From the IMG/VR virus record IMGVR_UViG_2934156241_000001, positions 1 through 64,000 of that record: a DNA stretch of 64,000 bases; one strand, 5' to 3'. Below are positions 28,269 to 37,740 of this stretch, piece by piece. The position numbers and the translations under genes were made by a program. Below the pieces are notes generated by a model. That model was not told the origin of the DNA, did no database searches, and saw only the letters and a program-made list of their open reading frames with translations. Within the stretch, counting starts at the first letter, position 1. Each line of letters opens with the position of its first letter. The stretch is from a virus (taxonomy: Duplodnaviria; Caudoviricetes).

Positions 28269-29531
28269 GTGGCCGACCTGACCGCGCGAATCGTCGCACG
28301 GGTTCACCAGGGCCTGGGCGACGCCGCGCACCGGCTGACTGCGGGCCAGACCGTCATGGTCGAGGCCGCGGCCGGAGCCGTCTGGCCGAGGCGTGTCCAC
28401 CAGCCCGCCCCCGAGGCACCCGCCGAGAAATCGGCCGAGCCGACGGACGCCGCCCCGGCCAAGGCGACCGAGGCCAAGGCGACCGAGGCCAAGGCCGCCC
28501 CGCAGAAGACAGGGAAGGCCAAGGGGAAAGGGAAGGCGCCGGCTGACCCAACCGACCAGCCGAAGGCCCCACCACCCCACACCACCTACCGGCCCGGCCC
28601 CCGCCGGGCGCTCGCTGCCGCCTGGCACTGGACCAGCAGCGGGGAAGGCGCCGGCGACGTCATGCTCCGGGCCGGGCTCCTGGCCCTTGCCCTGGGCATC
28701 GTCGGATACTTCGCGCGCTCCTACCTCGAGGAAATCCAACCGGCAGTCCTCGCGGCAGCGGCCGTGATCGTCGTCGTCTACGAGATCGCCCCGAGGCTGT
28801 CCCTCCTCCTCGCTCTCGGCCTTGCCGCCGTCCTCATCCACCCCGCGTGGCTGGGCCTGGCCGCCGTGGTCCTCCTGGCCGCCGAGCTGGCCCCGACCAT
28901 CGCGGCCCTCCTCGGCGTGGCCCTGGTCGTCGGCCTTATCCATCCCGCGTTGATGTGGCCGGTGGTCCTCGCCTGGGGTATGGCCGCGTGGCAGGTCGGG
29001 GCCCCCAACGACCAGCCCGCCCCCGAGACCGAAACGCCCCCCGCCGCGGAGCCCCCCGCCGCGGAGCCCCCCGCCGAGGCCCCCCGGACTCACCTCCTGC
29101 GATGGCTCGACCACCTCACCCAGGACGCCTCTGGTATCCACCTCGACCAGCTGCACGCCGCCCTCACCGCGCACCCCGATCTGGCCGGCCTCACCAGGGC
29201 CCAGATGAGGGTCTGGCTCAACCGCCATGAGATCCCCGTGGAGCGCACCCTCCGTGTGGGACTGATTCCGGGCCGCTCGGGCATCGCCCGGACCACCGTC
29301 ACCGCGCTCCTCCAAGCCCCTTCCCAGACGCTCCCCTCGCCTGTGGAGAGCGCTGTGGAGAGTGCCCCGCTCCACGTCTCTGACCTGCAAGAATCTCCGC
29401 ACTCTCCAGGTGTGGAGAGTGGAGTGGAGAGTGGAGTGGAGCGCCACCCTGCCCACGTCGCCGAGCTCGCCGGCACCGCCCCCGAATTGCTGGAAACGGC
29501 CCCTGCGCCCGCCCACGCCCTGTACACGTAA
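28269..29531 (+). CDS. Membrane protein with C-terminal wHTH-like domain
   Basis: TM block, PAAEP linker, GIHLDQL...RAQMR.WL....IPVERTLRVG....SGI. Confidence 0.7.
   Translation: MADLTARIVARVHQGLGDAAHRLTAGQTVMVEAAAGAVWPRRVHQPAPEAPAEKSAEPTDAAPAKATEAKATEAKAAPQKTGKAKGKGKAPADPTDQPKAPPPHTTYRPGPRRALAAAWHWTSSGEGAGDVMLRAGLLALALGIVGYFARSYLEEIQPAVLAAAAVIVVVYEIAPRLSLLLALGLAAVLIHPAWLGLAAVVLLAAELAPTIAALLGVALVVGLIHPALMWPVVLAWGMAAWQVGAPNDQPAPETETPPAAEPPAAEPPAEAPRTHLLRWLDHLTQDASGIHLDQLHAALTAHPDLAGLTRAQMRVWLNRHEIPVERTLRVGLIPGRSGIARTTVTALLQAPSQTLPSPVESAVESAPLHVSDLQESPHSPGVESGVESGVERHPAHVAELAGTAPELLETAPAPAHALYT
29343..29441 (+). repeat. GTGGAG(AG) repeat cluster with 12-bp period
   Basis: GTGGAGAG at 29343, 29355, 29412, 29424; GTGGAG at 29436; inverted copies between. 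Confidence 0.8.
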
Positions 29532-29567
29532 TGGGGCAGAGTGTGACCACCGAGGAAGGGGCCGTCC

Positions 29568-29813
29568 GTGCCGAGCTTCGCCTATCGCTGCCAGCAGTGC
29601 CGCACCACGTGGCCCCGTGTACTCACCCACGAGGAGGCCGTGGGGGCGAGGGATTCCCATCGCGATCATGTCCACGGTGGAGGTGTCCCGGACGGTGACG
29701 GCATCACCGTCCACCGCACCGAACGGTGGGCCGAGGCGGACGACCTCGAACGCTGGATCACCGTGGTGCTCGTGGCCGTGGTCCTCCTCGTTCTGGCCTA
29801 CAAGACGCTCTGA
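29568..29813 (+). CDS. Small Zn-finger plus TM protein
   Basis: YRCQQC...H...H; C-terminal TM. Confidence 0.7.
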   Translation: MPSFAYRCQQCRTTWPRVLTHEEAVGARDSHRDHVHGGGVPDGDGITVHRTERWAEADDLERWITVVLVAVVLLVLAYKTL

Positions 29814-29843
29814 GCCAACCGTCGGCGATGATCCGGGCATGAC

Positions 29844-29879
29844 GAAGGGGCCGCACACCGTGAGGTGCGTGGCCCCTTC
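29844..29879. terminator. Bidirectional terminator
   Basis: GAAGGGGCC...GGCCCCTTC between convergent genes. Confidence 0.7.
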
Positions 29880-29911
29880 CTCATGTCCGGGGTGCGCCGG
29901 CGACCGCTGCG

Positions 29912-30403
29912 TCAACCCCGGATGAGCGGAGCCCCGGCAGTCTTAATGATCTTCCCGACGTAGTTCCGGTCGTACGGGGTGTGGTCCGCGAGGACCCCAG
30001 GGGTCACGGTCCGCTCCGTGTAGTGCCGGACGATCGCGGCATGGAGGGGCTTGCGCGCCTCCTCGACCGCAGCGCCGGCTGCCTCCCATGCGGCCGTCAG
30101 CTTGTCCAGCTCCCGGACCGCCTTGGCCTCCGTCTTCGCGTCGTAGTCCGGAGCGGGCGCAGCGTTCGGCCCGCGCAGCGGCGGCACCCCTGCCGCCTTA
30201 CCGATCCTGCCGACGTGGTTGCGGTCGTACGGGGTGTGCTCCGCGATCTTGCCGGGCGGGGCGCTGCGCTGCGTGAGGTGCTTGATGATCGCGGCATGGA
30301 GCGGCTTGCGCGCCGCCTCCAGAGCTGTGTCCGCTCTCGTGTACGCGTCGGTCAGCGCGTCGAGCTCTGCCAGAGCCTTCTTCGTGGGGTCGTGGGTCGC
30401 CAT
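29912..30403 (-). CDS. Tandem-duplicated HTH regulator
   Basis: Two repeats ELD.LT.A...ARKPLHAAI..H...HTPYDRN.VG.I.K.AG.P..RG; CACACT 6 nt before ATG. Confidence 0.85.
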   Translation of the reverse strand: MATHDPTKKALAELDALTDAYTRADTALEAARKPLHAAIIKHLTQRSAPPGKIAEHTPYDRNHVGRIGKAAGVPPLRGPNAAPAPDYDAKTEAKAVRELDKLTAAWEAAGAAVEEARKPLHAAIVRHYTERTVTPGVLADHTPYDRNYVGKIIKTAGAPLIRG

Positions 30404-30469
30404 GCCGCCAGTGTGCCATATCAGGTTGCAACGTCATAGCGCTTCGAGGTGTCTGTCACCTCTTACGCG

Positions 30470-30505
30470 TTGCAACTTGACATTGCAATGCGAAGTTGCA
30501 ACGCT
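30470..30505 (+). promoter_or_regulatory. TTGCAA-box promoter 1
   Basis: TTGCAA-cTTGACa-TTGCAA-7bp-TTGCAACGCT. Confidence 0.85.
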
Positions 30506-30556
30506 GTGCGTATTGGGAACGGCACGCAGCCGGACCCGCCACCACCGGAGGCACCC

Positions 30557-32980
30557 ATGCCCGAGATCACCGCCCAGACGCAGGCAGCCGTCAACGTCGC
30601 CCCCGCCCGCTGCGGGAAGGGCAAGGCCATCCACTACGCGACCGTCGGCCGCCACGAGGTGGCCCTCCTGTGCGGATACCGGAGCTTCGGAGACGCCCGG
30701 CTCCTCACCGATGCCGACCTGCCGAAGATGGGCGACGAGTGCACCCGCTGCGTCAAGGGGGTCCAGCGGATGCTGGAGCGGGTAACCCCCACCGAGGCGC
30801 CGGCCCCCGCCGCCCCGGCCGTCCACCGCTTCGAGGACACCCGGCAGGCCTACGACGCCTCCCAGGGCGACGGAATGCGCGACGGGGACGTCCTGGTCAT
30901 CGAGTCGGAGGGGGTCGTCGGATTCCTCACCGGAGCCTGGCCCGTCGCGATCACCGCCGAACACGGCGAGCTGCACGCCCTGACCATCTCCGCCCGCGAG
31001 GTCGAGGACGGCCGCTACGCCACCAGCACCACCACCGCCGAGCGCATCGCCCGCGAAATCGGCGCCGCCCTGCCCGCCACCGCCCCGGCCCCCCTGGACG
31101 AGGCACTGGCCCCGGCCGCCCCGGCTGGGGTCAAGTCACTGGACCAGGACGTGACGACCCCGGCAACGATGTTCGACCCGGAACTGACCTACTACGCCGA
31201 CGGAACCCCGGTCGTCATGCGCTGGGAGGGCGGCGAGGAGACCGGCGCCACCGTCGGTATGACCACGTACCGGAACCCGTACGCGTACCAGGCCGTCCAG
31301 TTCGAGGACGGCACCATCAAGAAGGTGGCCCCCCACGTCCTCCATCGCGTCGAGCAAGCCCCGGCCGAGGCGCAGCCCGTACGCCACCTCGCGGACTACG
31401 ACCTCGCCCGCACCGACGACGGGGTCACCGTCCACCGCATCACCGTCACCCACGACGGCGACACCGTGTTCACCACGGACCTGCCCTACACCGAGGCGCG
31501 CAACGCGGCCCGCACCCTGGAGGGCCTGGGCTGGGCGATCACCGGCATGGAGACCTATGGCGGACCCCACCTGTTCCGGGCCTGGGTCGAGCCCACCGCC
31601 ATCACGGAGGACCCGCCCGCCCTCCCGTTCCACGGCCCCGACAACTGGGTCGGCCTGCACGCCCTGTGCGGCTACGACAACCACACCGCCCCCCTGGACT
31701 CCCCGGGCCTGGCCGCCGTCCATGAGCGTCGTCGTGGGGTGATGGGCAGCTGCCCCGGCAGCCTGCGCCCGGTCCGCACCACCAGGGACCAGCTGACCAG
31801 CCGGCACACCGCCGCCCTGTCCTACACCGGCCCCAAGCCCTCCGCCCTGGCCTACTGGTCGAAGCCCGGCGACGTCCTCCACGTGGACGGCCAGGACCTC
31901 ACCGTCAAGGACTGCCACCCCGACGAGCGCCACCCCTCCCGCGTGCGTGTCCTCGTGACCGGAGGCACCGACCCGCTGACCTACACCGTCGAGGACACCG
32001 CCACGTTCCGGCGCCGCGTCCGCCGCCACAACGTGGAGTGCCAGGCGTGCGGGGTGTACGCACCCGTGGAGACCGACGAGGCAGTCGACGGCACCCCCAC
32101 CGTGCGCCTGTGCGGCATGTGCGACCGCGAAGTCCTCGAGGCGCCGCCCGCCCCGATGCTGATGCCCGACCAGGCCCGGGGCATCGCCACCCGGTCCCAC
32201 CCCGGCGCCCACGACTTCCGCCACAGCCACGACGCCGCCCTCCGGTTCCTCGGCTACACCTTCCAGATCAGCGAAGACGCCCCGGCCCGCTACGGATGGA
32301 TCACCCCCGCCGGTACGTGCTCCAGGGTCGGCGAGACCGCCCGGTCCAGCGCGCACCAGCTCCTGCCCGTCATGGTGCTGGAGGACCAGCGGGCAGCCAC
32401 CCGCGCCGCCGCCCGCGCAGAGCGGCCCGCCCCCTACGTCGCCGGAGACCGCATCGTGTGCGCCGACGGGGTCACCCGCACCTTCCAGGCCATGGCCCCC
32501 CGGTTCGGCGGCGAACCGGCCCGTGTGATCGTGGAGGGCGGCGCGCAGTGGCTCGCCACCGAGTGCCGTCCGGCCACCCCGGACGAGGAGCAGCAGCCGA
32601 CCCGCCGCGTCGTGGAGGGCGTGGTCGTCCAGCCCGCCACGGCGGGCAGTGCACCGAAGCACGTCGACCACCCGGACATCACCGCCGCCCGCGCCGCGCT
32701 GCGCACCCTCCTGGCAGCCCGGCTCGGCGAGCGCACCGAGCTGGACGGCTCCGACCCGGACGTGCGCGGGTACGTGATCGAGCCGCGCGGCCAGGGTCGG
32801 GTGGCCGTGTACTGGGCCGAGGCCGGGCGCCTCGTGCGCCACGACGACGCCGAGTTCGGGGTGTCCCTGGACTGCTTGGAGTGGACGCTCCAGCGGGCCG
32901 GGTGGGAGACGGAGCGCATGACCCGCAGCGGCCTGTGCCTGTTCGCACACAACCCGGCCGCCCGCCCGACCGGCAACTGA
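30557..32980 (+). CDS. Large multidomain (polyvalent-type) protein
   Basis: GGAGG RBS; small domains joined by Pro/Ala linkers; shares domains with the next two genes. Confidence 0.85.
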   Translation: MPEITAQTQAAVNVAPARCGKGKAIHYATVGRHEVALLCGYRSFGDARLLTDADLPKMGDECTRCVKGVQRMLERVTPTEAPAPAAPAVHRFEDTRQAYDASQGDGMRDGDVLVIESEGVVGFLTGAWPVAITAEHGELHALTISAREVEDGRYATSTTTAERIAREIGAALPATAPAPLDEALAPAAPAGVKSLDQDVTTPATMFDPELTYYADGTPVVMRWEGGEETGATVGMTTYRNPYAYQAVQFEDGTIKKVAPHVLHRVEQAPAEAQPVRHLADYDLARTDDGVTVHRITVTHDGDTVFTTDLPYTEARNAARTLEGLGWAITGMETYGGPHLFRAWVEPTAITEDPPALPFHGPDNWVGLHALCGYDNHTAPLDSPGLAAVHERRRGVMGSCPGSLRPVRTTRDQLTSRHTAALSYTGPKPSALAYWSKPGDVLHVDGQDLTVKDCHPDERHPSRVRVLVTGGTDPLTYTVEDTATFRRRVRRHNVECQACGVYAPVETDEAVDGTPTVRLCGMCDREVLEAPPAPMLMPDQARGIATRSHPGAHDFRHSHDAALRFLGYTFQISEDAPARYGWITPAGTCSRVGETARSSAHQLLPVMVLEDQRAATRAAARAERPAPYVAGDRIVCADGVTRTFQAMAPRFGGEPARVIVEGGAQWLATECRPATPDEEQQPTRRVVEGVVVQPATAGSAPKHVDHPDITAARAALRTLLAARLGERTELDGSDPDVRGYVIEPRGQGRVAVYWAEAGRLVRHDDAEFGVSLDCLEWTLQRAGWETERMTRSGLCLFAHNPAARPTGN

Positions 32981-33045
32981 TCCCGGCCCACCTGGTCGCC
33001 CCGCGCCTCACGGTGAGGGCGGGGCGGCCGCGGACATCATGCCGC

Positions 33046-33074
33046 TTGACATTGCAACGTGATGTTGCAACACT
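33046..33074 (+). promoter_or_regulatory. TTGCAA-box promoter 2
   Basis: TTGACA-TTGCAA-7bp-TTGCAACACT. Confidence 0.85.
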
Positions 33075-33125
33075 ATGCGTATTGGGACGGACGCACCGAC
33101 CGCCCCCGAACCGCTGGAGGACACC

Positions 33126-34220
33126 ATGGAGATCGCCACCGAGGCGCTGGCCATCACCACCCTGGTAGCCGGTGAGATGACCGCCCAGCAGGCCCGAGCC
33201 GCCGTCGCCGGTATGTACCCCCAGGCCTGCGCCTTCGACGCACAGCACGCACAGGACGGCACCGGCACCCTCCTGGGGTACACCTTCCAGGAGCGCCCCC
33301 ACCCCACGGCCCGCGCCGGTTGGATCACCGCAGCCGGCACCGTGTCCAAGGGCCTGGAGGCCTACCACTCGGACGCCCGCGTGATCCTGTGCCTGGCCTT
33401 CGAAGAGGACCGCGCCACCACCCCGGCCCCGGCCGTCGAGGCCCTGGCCACGCCCGCCGACGTCACCCGCACCGACGACGTGAAGATCCGCCCGGACGGG
33501 CGCGGCAAGTGGAGCGTCGAGCGCGGCACGGACACCCTGGGGGTCATCTGGGACGAAGGCGCGATGGCCCGGGGCCGCTTCGCGACCTGGTCCCCCTTTG
33601 CTCAGACCCCCGGCAGCCTCGCCGGATTCTTCGACGACCCGGCCACGGCTGTCGACGCGATCGTGGACATGTGGCCCACCAGCCCGGAGGACATCGCCCG
33701 GGAGACCGGCGCCGACCTGGCCGAGGTCATCGAGCACGCGGACGCCCTGGTCGAGGAGTGGGTGGCCGAGGGGCGCCGCGTCTACCGTACGGCCGTCCGG
33801 GGCGCAGCGGCCAAGCTCACCAGCGAGGCGGCGGCGACCGTGCGAGTGCACATGGGCCTCCCGTCCGCCCGGTATGCCGTGCCCATCGGCGCCGACGAGC
33901 GGACATGGCCCCGGTTCCACCGCCACGACGCCGCCCTCCGGCACGCGGCCAGCTACGGCCTGACCGCCGGCGCCGTCCTGGACACAGCCCCGCAGTGGCG
34001 CACGCTCCAGGGGGTGGCCGCCCCGTTTCAGCTCTGGGGGCACGAGGACGCCAATGGAAAGTTCCACCCGTCCGACGACCTGACGGCGTGCGCCGGCCGA
34101 CCGGTGGCTATCACCCTCACCTGGAACGGCAGCCGCTGGGGCCAGGACAGTGCCGGCCGGGAGATCCACCTCGGAGGCCCGGCCGTGAAGTACTGGGTCG
34201 CCCCCGGCCCGGTCGCCTGA
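33126..34220 (+). CDS. Multidomain protein
   Basis: GGAGG RBS; LLGYTF..GWIT domain; C-terminal WRTL.GV.APF domain. Confidence 0.85.
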   Translation: MEIATEALAITTLVAGEMTAQQARAAVAGMYPQACAFDAQHAQDGTGTLLGYTFQERPHPTARAGWITAAGTVSKGLEAYHSDARVILCLAFEEDRATTPAPAVEALATPADVTRTDDVKIRPDGRGKWSVERGTDTLGVIWDEGAMARGRFATWSPFAQTPGSLAGFFDDPATAVDAIVDMWPTSPEDIARETGADLAEVIEHADALVEEWVAEGRRVYRTAVRGAAAKLTSEAAATVRVHMGLPSARYAVPIGADERTWPRFHRHDAALRHAASYGLTAGAVLDTAPQWRTLQGVAAPFQLWGHEDANGKFHPSDDLTACAGRPVAITLTWNGSRWGQDSAGREIHLGGPAVKYWVAPGPVA

Positions 34221-34327
34221 CCTGCCCGCCCCAGACGCCCCGGCCCTCACGGGAGGCCCGGGGCGTCCCGCTGTCGCCGCGCGGTCCCCGGATGACCCGA
34301 CCGGGTGAAGGTGGACCGCACCCCTCA

Positions 34328-34363
34328 TTGCAACTTGACATTGCAAACTCATGTTGCAACTAT
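34328..34363 (+). promoter_or_regulatory. TTGCAA-box promoter 3
   Basis: Three boxes; TTGACA-17bp-AACTAT. Confidence 0.85.
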
Positions 34364-34412
34364 GGAGACATCAAGAGGGGCACGGAGCCCCCTGGACCGC
34401 ACGGAGGAAGCC

Positions 34413-35801
34413 ATGAACAACACCACCGCCCAGACCGCCACCGTCGCCCTGGCCCAGGTCGGCGCCGGCCGCACCGTCCACTTCACCACCGACGCCACCG
34501 CCACCCTGTGCGAGCGCCCCGTGAGCCGCGTACTGGACGAGGACCAGGCCGCGAAGAAGAACAAGCCGTGCAAGCAGTGCGCCGTCGCCCTGGAGGCCGC
34601 CGCCACCGAGGAGACGCCGGCCGTCGAGGTCGAGGAGGACCAGGCCGAGAAGGAGGCGCGGCGCACAGTATCCGGGACGTACCTCCACGCCCAGGACTTC
34701 GAGCCGCAGCGCGACGAGGAAGGGCAGCTCCTCGGATACACGTTCGCCGTCCACTCCTCCACCTCGACCAACTACGGATGGGTGACCACCGCCGGCCACT
34801 TCGGTCAGGTACTGGAGCCCTACCGGTCCACCGTCGAGGAATTCCTGCCCGTCGTCGCCTGGCAGGACGAGCAGGTGGCACGCCGCGCCCCGAAGCTGGC
34901 GGAGGCCGCCATCGAGGAGGCGCCGGCCGTCGAGGTCGAGGAAGCCGCGGCCGCCGAAGAGGCCCCGGTCGAGGAGGCACCGACCGGCGCTGCAGAGGCC
35001 CCGGTCGCCGGACGGGTCGAGGTGACCGCGTACACCGCCGCCGTCGATCAGCTCTACCTCAACGGCCGGGACAACGAGGACCGCGCCCTGTACGTGGACG
35101 GCACCGACGTCCTGGAGACCCTCCCGACCCTGCGCCGGATGCCCCGCTGGAACGCGGCCGAGGAGCGGTTCACCGTCAATAAGGTGGCCCTGATCCTCGT
35201 CCGGGACGCCCAGGGTGACCGCGTGTGGGTGCGCGGTGAGGCCGACCCGATCCGCGTGGACGCCGCAGGTGCGCAGGTGGACGTGGACGCCCCCGCCGAG
35301 CCCGGACCGGTGGACATGACCGCCGTCCTGGCCGCGACCAAGCAGCTCCGCCGCCGCCGCGAGGTCCAGCGGGTCATCGACAACCGCGAGGCCGCCCGCG
35401 CCGCGAGTACCCCGACCCCGGTTGTCGAGGAGGCCCCGACCCCGGTGGTCGAGGAGGCCCCGACCCCGGTGGTCGAGGAGGCCCCGACCCCGGTGGTCGA
35501 GGAAGCCCCGGCCCCCGTGGTCGAGGAAGCCCCGGCCCCGGTGGTCGAGGCCCCCGAAGCCCCGGCCGCTGGTCCGGAGTGGCGCACGCTCAAGGGTGTG
35601 GAGGCGCCGTTCCTCCTGTACGGCGAGGACGCCGGAGATGCCTTTCACCCCGCCAACGACCGCAAGCGCTGCACCGGGGAGCCTCTGACGATCACCCGCG
35701 TATGGATGAGCGCCGGCACCCGGTACGCGCAGGACGCGACCGGCCGGAAGACCCACCTGTGGGGAGCCGCTACCCGCTACTGGGTGAGCCCCGCAGCCTG
35801 A
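34413..35801 (+). CDS. Multidomain protein with PVVEEAPT repeats
   Basis: GGAGG RBS; shares three domains with neighbouring genes. Confidence 0.85.
   Translation: MNNTTAQTATVALAQVGAGRTVHFTTDATATLCERPVSRVLDEDQAAKKNKPCKQCAVALEAAATEETPAVEVEEDQAEKEARRTVSGTYLHAQDFEPQRDEEGQLLGYTFAVHSSTSTNYGWVTTAGHFGQVLEPYRSTVEEFLPVVAWQDEQVARRAPKLAEAAIEEAPAVEVEEAAAAEEAPVEEAPTGAAEAPVAGRVEVTAYTAAVDQLYLNGRDNEDRALYVDGTDVLETLPTLRRMPRWNAAEERFTVNKVALILVRDAQGDRVWVRGEADPIRVDAAGAQVDVDAPAEPGPVDMTAVLAATKQLRRRREVQRVIDNREAARAASTPTPVVEEAPTPVVEEAPTPVVEEAPTPVVEEAPAPVVEEAPAPVVEAPEAPAAGPEWRTLKGVEAPFLLYGEDAGDAFHPANDRKRCTGEPLTITRVWMSAGTRYAQDATGRKTHLWGAATRYWVSPAA
35410..35552 (+). repeat. 24-bp coding tandem repeat, about 6 copies
   Basis: CCCGACCCCGGTGGTCGAGGAGGC-like units encoding PTPVVEEA. 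Confidence 0.9.
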
Positions 35802-35927
35802 CCGAAGCAGCCGCAGCGGCCCCGACCGCGAGCGATGCGCCGACCCGCACGGGCCGGCGCATCGCTGCGTTCCGGGGCCCTCGTCCGCTGCATGACCCGC
35901 CCGGGTGAAGATTCCCCCGCCCTCGCA

Positions 35928-35963
35928 TTGCAACTAGACAATGCAATGCGATGTTGCAACACT
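35928..35963 (+). promoter_or_regulatory. TTGCAA-box promoter 4
   Basis: Three boxes; TAGACA-17bp-AACACT. Confidence 0.8.
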
Positions 35964-36012
35964 ATGCATATCGGGAAGGGCGAGGGGCCTGGACCAGACG
36001 GAGGGACACACC

Positions 36013-36756
36013 ATGGACGCCACCACCAAGACCGCGCAGCTGATGGCCCGCCTCGTCGAGGCCGAGACCACCCTCCGGAACACCCGACGCGAGGAGGCCC
36101 GCACCGAGCGCGCCGCCACCCGCGCCACCGCCCGCCTCCTGACCGCCCGCACCGACCTGGCCGCCGCCCGCCGGAACCTGCGCACCGCCGAGCGCACCGG
36201 CAAGAGCCTGGCCGTGGCAACCCGCCGCCTGGCCACCCGCACCGCCCGCGTCGAGAACCTGACCACCGCCGCCCGCGAGGCCAAGGCCACCGCGACCGCC
36301 GCGCGCCGCGCCGCCCGCGCCGCCGCCCGCCGACTGGACACCCTCGGCCGCCGCGCCGCCCAGGCAGCCACCCGCACCGTCGCCACCATCGCCCACCGCC
36401 TCGGGGAGACCAGCCTCACCCCGGCCCCCGCCGCCGACCGCACCCTGGACGCCACCGAGCTCCCGGCCGTCGAGGAGATCGAAGCCCACGCCGAGCGCTT
36501 CACCGACCTGGACGCCGAGGCCAAGACCCTGGCCAAGTCGGCCGACGCCGAGAAGAAGTGGCTGCGAACCCTGCCCGTGGGGATCTACGGACGGGTCGTC
36601 ATCACCCGCACCCCCGGCGGCAGCGTCCTGGACAGCGACCAGGTCGCCCTGGACTACGCCGCCATGGGTGGCCTGGTGCCCCCGCGCAAGGCCCGCCGCG
36701 ACACCTTCAAGGTCGCCCTCCAGCCCGAGCTGGCCGCCCTCCCCGCCGCTGCCTGA
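36013..36756 (+). CDS. Basic coiled-coil protein
   Basis: GGAGG RBS; Ala/Arg/Thr-rich helix followed by a globular C-terminus. Confidence 0.8.
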   Translation: MDATTKTAQLMARLVEAETTLRNTRREEARTERAATRATARLLTARTDLAAARRNLRTAERTGKSLAVATRRLATRTARVENLTTAAREAKATATAARRAARAAARRLDTLGRRAAQAATRTVATIAHRLGETSLTPAPAADRTLDATELPAVEEIEAHAERFTDLDAEAKTLAKSADAEKKWLRTLPVGIYGRVVITRTPGGSVLDSDQVALDYAAMGGLVPPRKARRDTFKVALQPELAALPAAA

Positions 36757-36824
36757 CCCACACCCGCCCGGCCGGGCAGCGGCGTACGCTGCCCGGCCCC
36801 TCGCCCCCGAAACGGACGCACGCC

Positions 36825-37375
36825 ATGTCGCTCCTTCCCCGCAGCATCCCGGTACCGGCCGCCGAGCAGATGGCCGCCACCCTCGCCGCCGTCGGCACCA
36901 TGCTTGGCCCCTTCAAGGGGAGCAGCAGCATTACCCGCACCGTCGCCCACCAGGGAGCCGACTGGGAGCTGACCTACCTCGGCCCCATCGGGTGGCGCCT
37001 GACCGGCCCAGGCGTGGAGCACGGCATCGGTGTGGACGCCGAGGAGGCCGCCGCGCACATCACCACCCCGCCCGCCGGCCCGGCGCCCGCTCGCCGCGTC
37101 CACGTGCGCATCGGCACCCACCGCCGGGCCTACCACCCGGACAGCGCCTGCCCCGCACTCAACGGCAAGCCGGAGACGTACCGGGGCCAGGAGGTCATGG
37201 ACGAGAGCGAAGCCCTGGAATGCGGGCTCGCCCTGTGTGCCCAGTGCGACGCCGCCCTGACCGCCGCCCCCAGCGGTACGCGGGGGCGCCCGTACCGGCG
37301 CTCGTGCGCGCCGCCTGGACGACGCCCCTCGCGGACGGGTGGCGCCTGGGCGTACGCAGCGCCCTCGCCCTCTGA
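36825..37375 (+). CDS. Hypothetical Zn-binding protein, probable frameshift near 37270
   Basis: YH..S.CP.L...LCAQC; plausible tail RYAGAPVPALV...WRLGVRSAL lies in another frame after a C run. Confidence 0.55.
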
Positions 37376-37430
37376 CCCACCATCCACGGCCGGCGCACCC
37401 GCGACCGGCCGGACCCGAAAGGACACCCCC

Positions 37431-37604
37431 ATGGTTCCCGCCCTGTACGGCATCGTCGCCCGCCACGTCGCCACCGGTGAGCTGCTGCGCTGCGCCTCCG
37501 TGTTCGACCTTGAGGACCTGCCGGTGCTGTTGGAGGAGTTCGCCGACGCGTACCGCGACAGCCCGGACGTGCTGATCGACCTGGACACCACCCCCACCTC
37601 CTGA
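37431..37604 (+). CDS. Small acidic protein
   Basis: AAAGGA RBS + ATG. Confidence 0.65.
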   Translation: MVPALYGIVARHVATGELLRCASVFDLEDLPVLLEEFADAYRDSPDVLIDLDTTPTS

Positions 37605-37649
37605 CTGCTGCCCGACCGGGTCGCCCCCCACCCAATCCGACGCACCACA

Positions 37650-37685
37650 TTGCAACTTGACATTGCAATGTGACGTTGTAGCTAT
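37650..37685 (+). promoter_or_regulatory. TTGCAA-box promoter 5
   Basis: TTGCAA-cTTGACa-TTGCAA-7bp-TTGTAGCTAT. Confidence 0.8.
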
Positions 37686-37740
37686 GGGGGTGTCGGTGAA
37701 GCACTGAAACCCCGCCTGACCAGCACCGAAGGAGCCCAAC

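Noticed and set aside
23089-29813. Separate integrated conjugative plasmid (AICE)
   Set aside because: No FtsK/TraB ATPase, RepSA, integrase or att repeats seen around it
35410-35552. 24-bp tandem repeat as a CRISPR or non-coding array
   Set aside because: No spacers; in-frame PTPVVEEA linker
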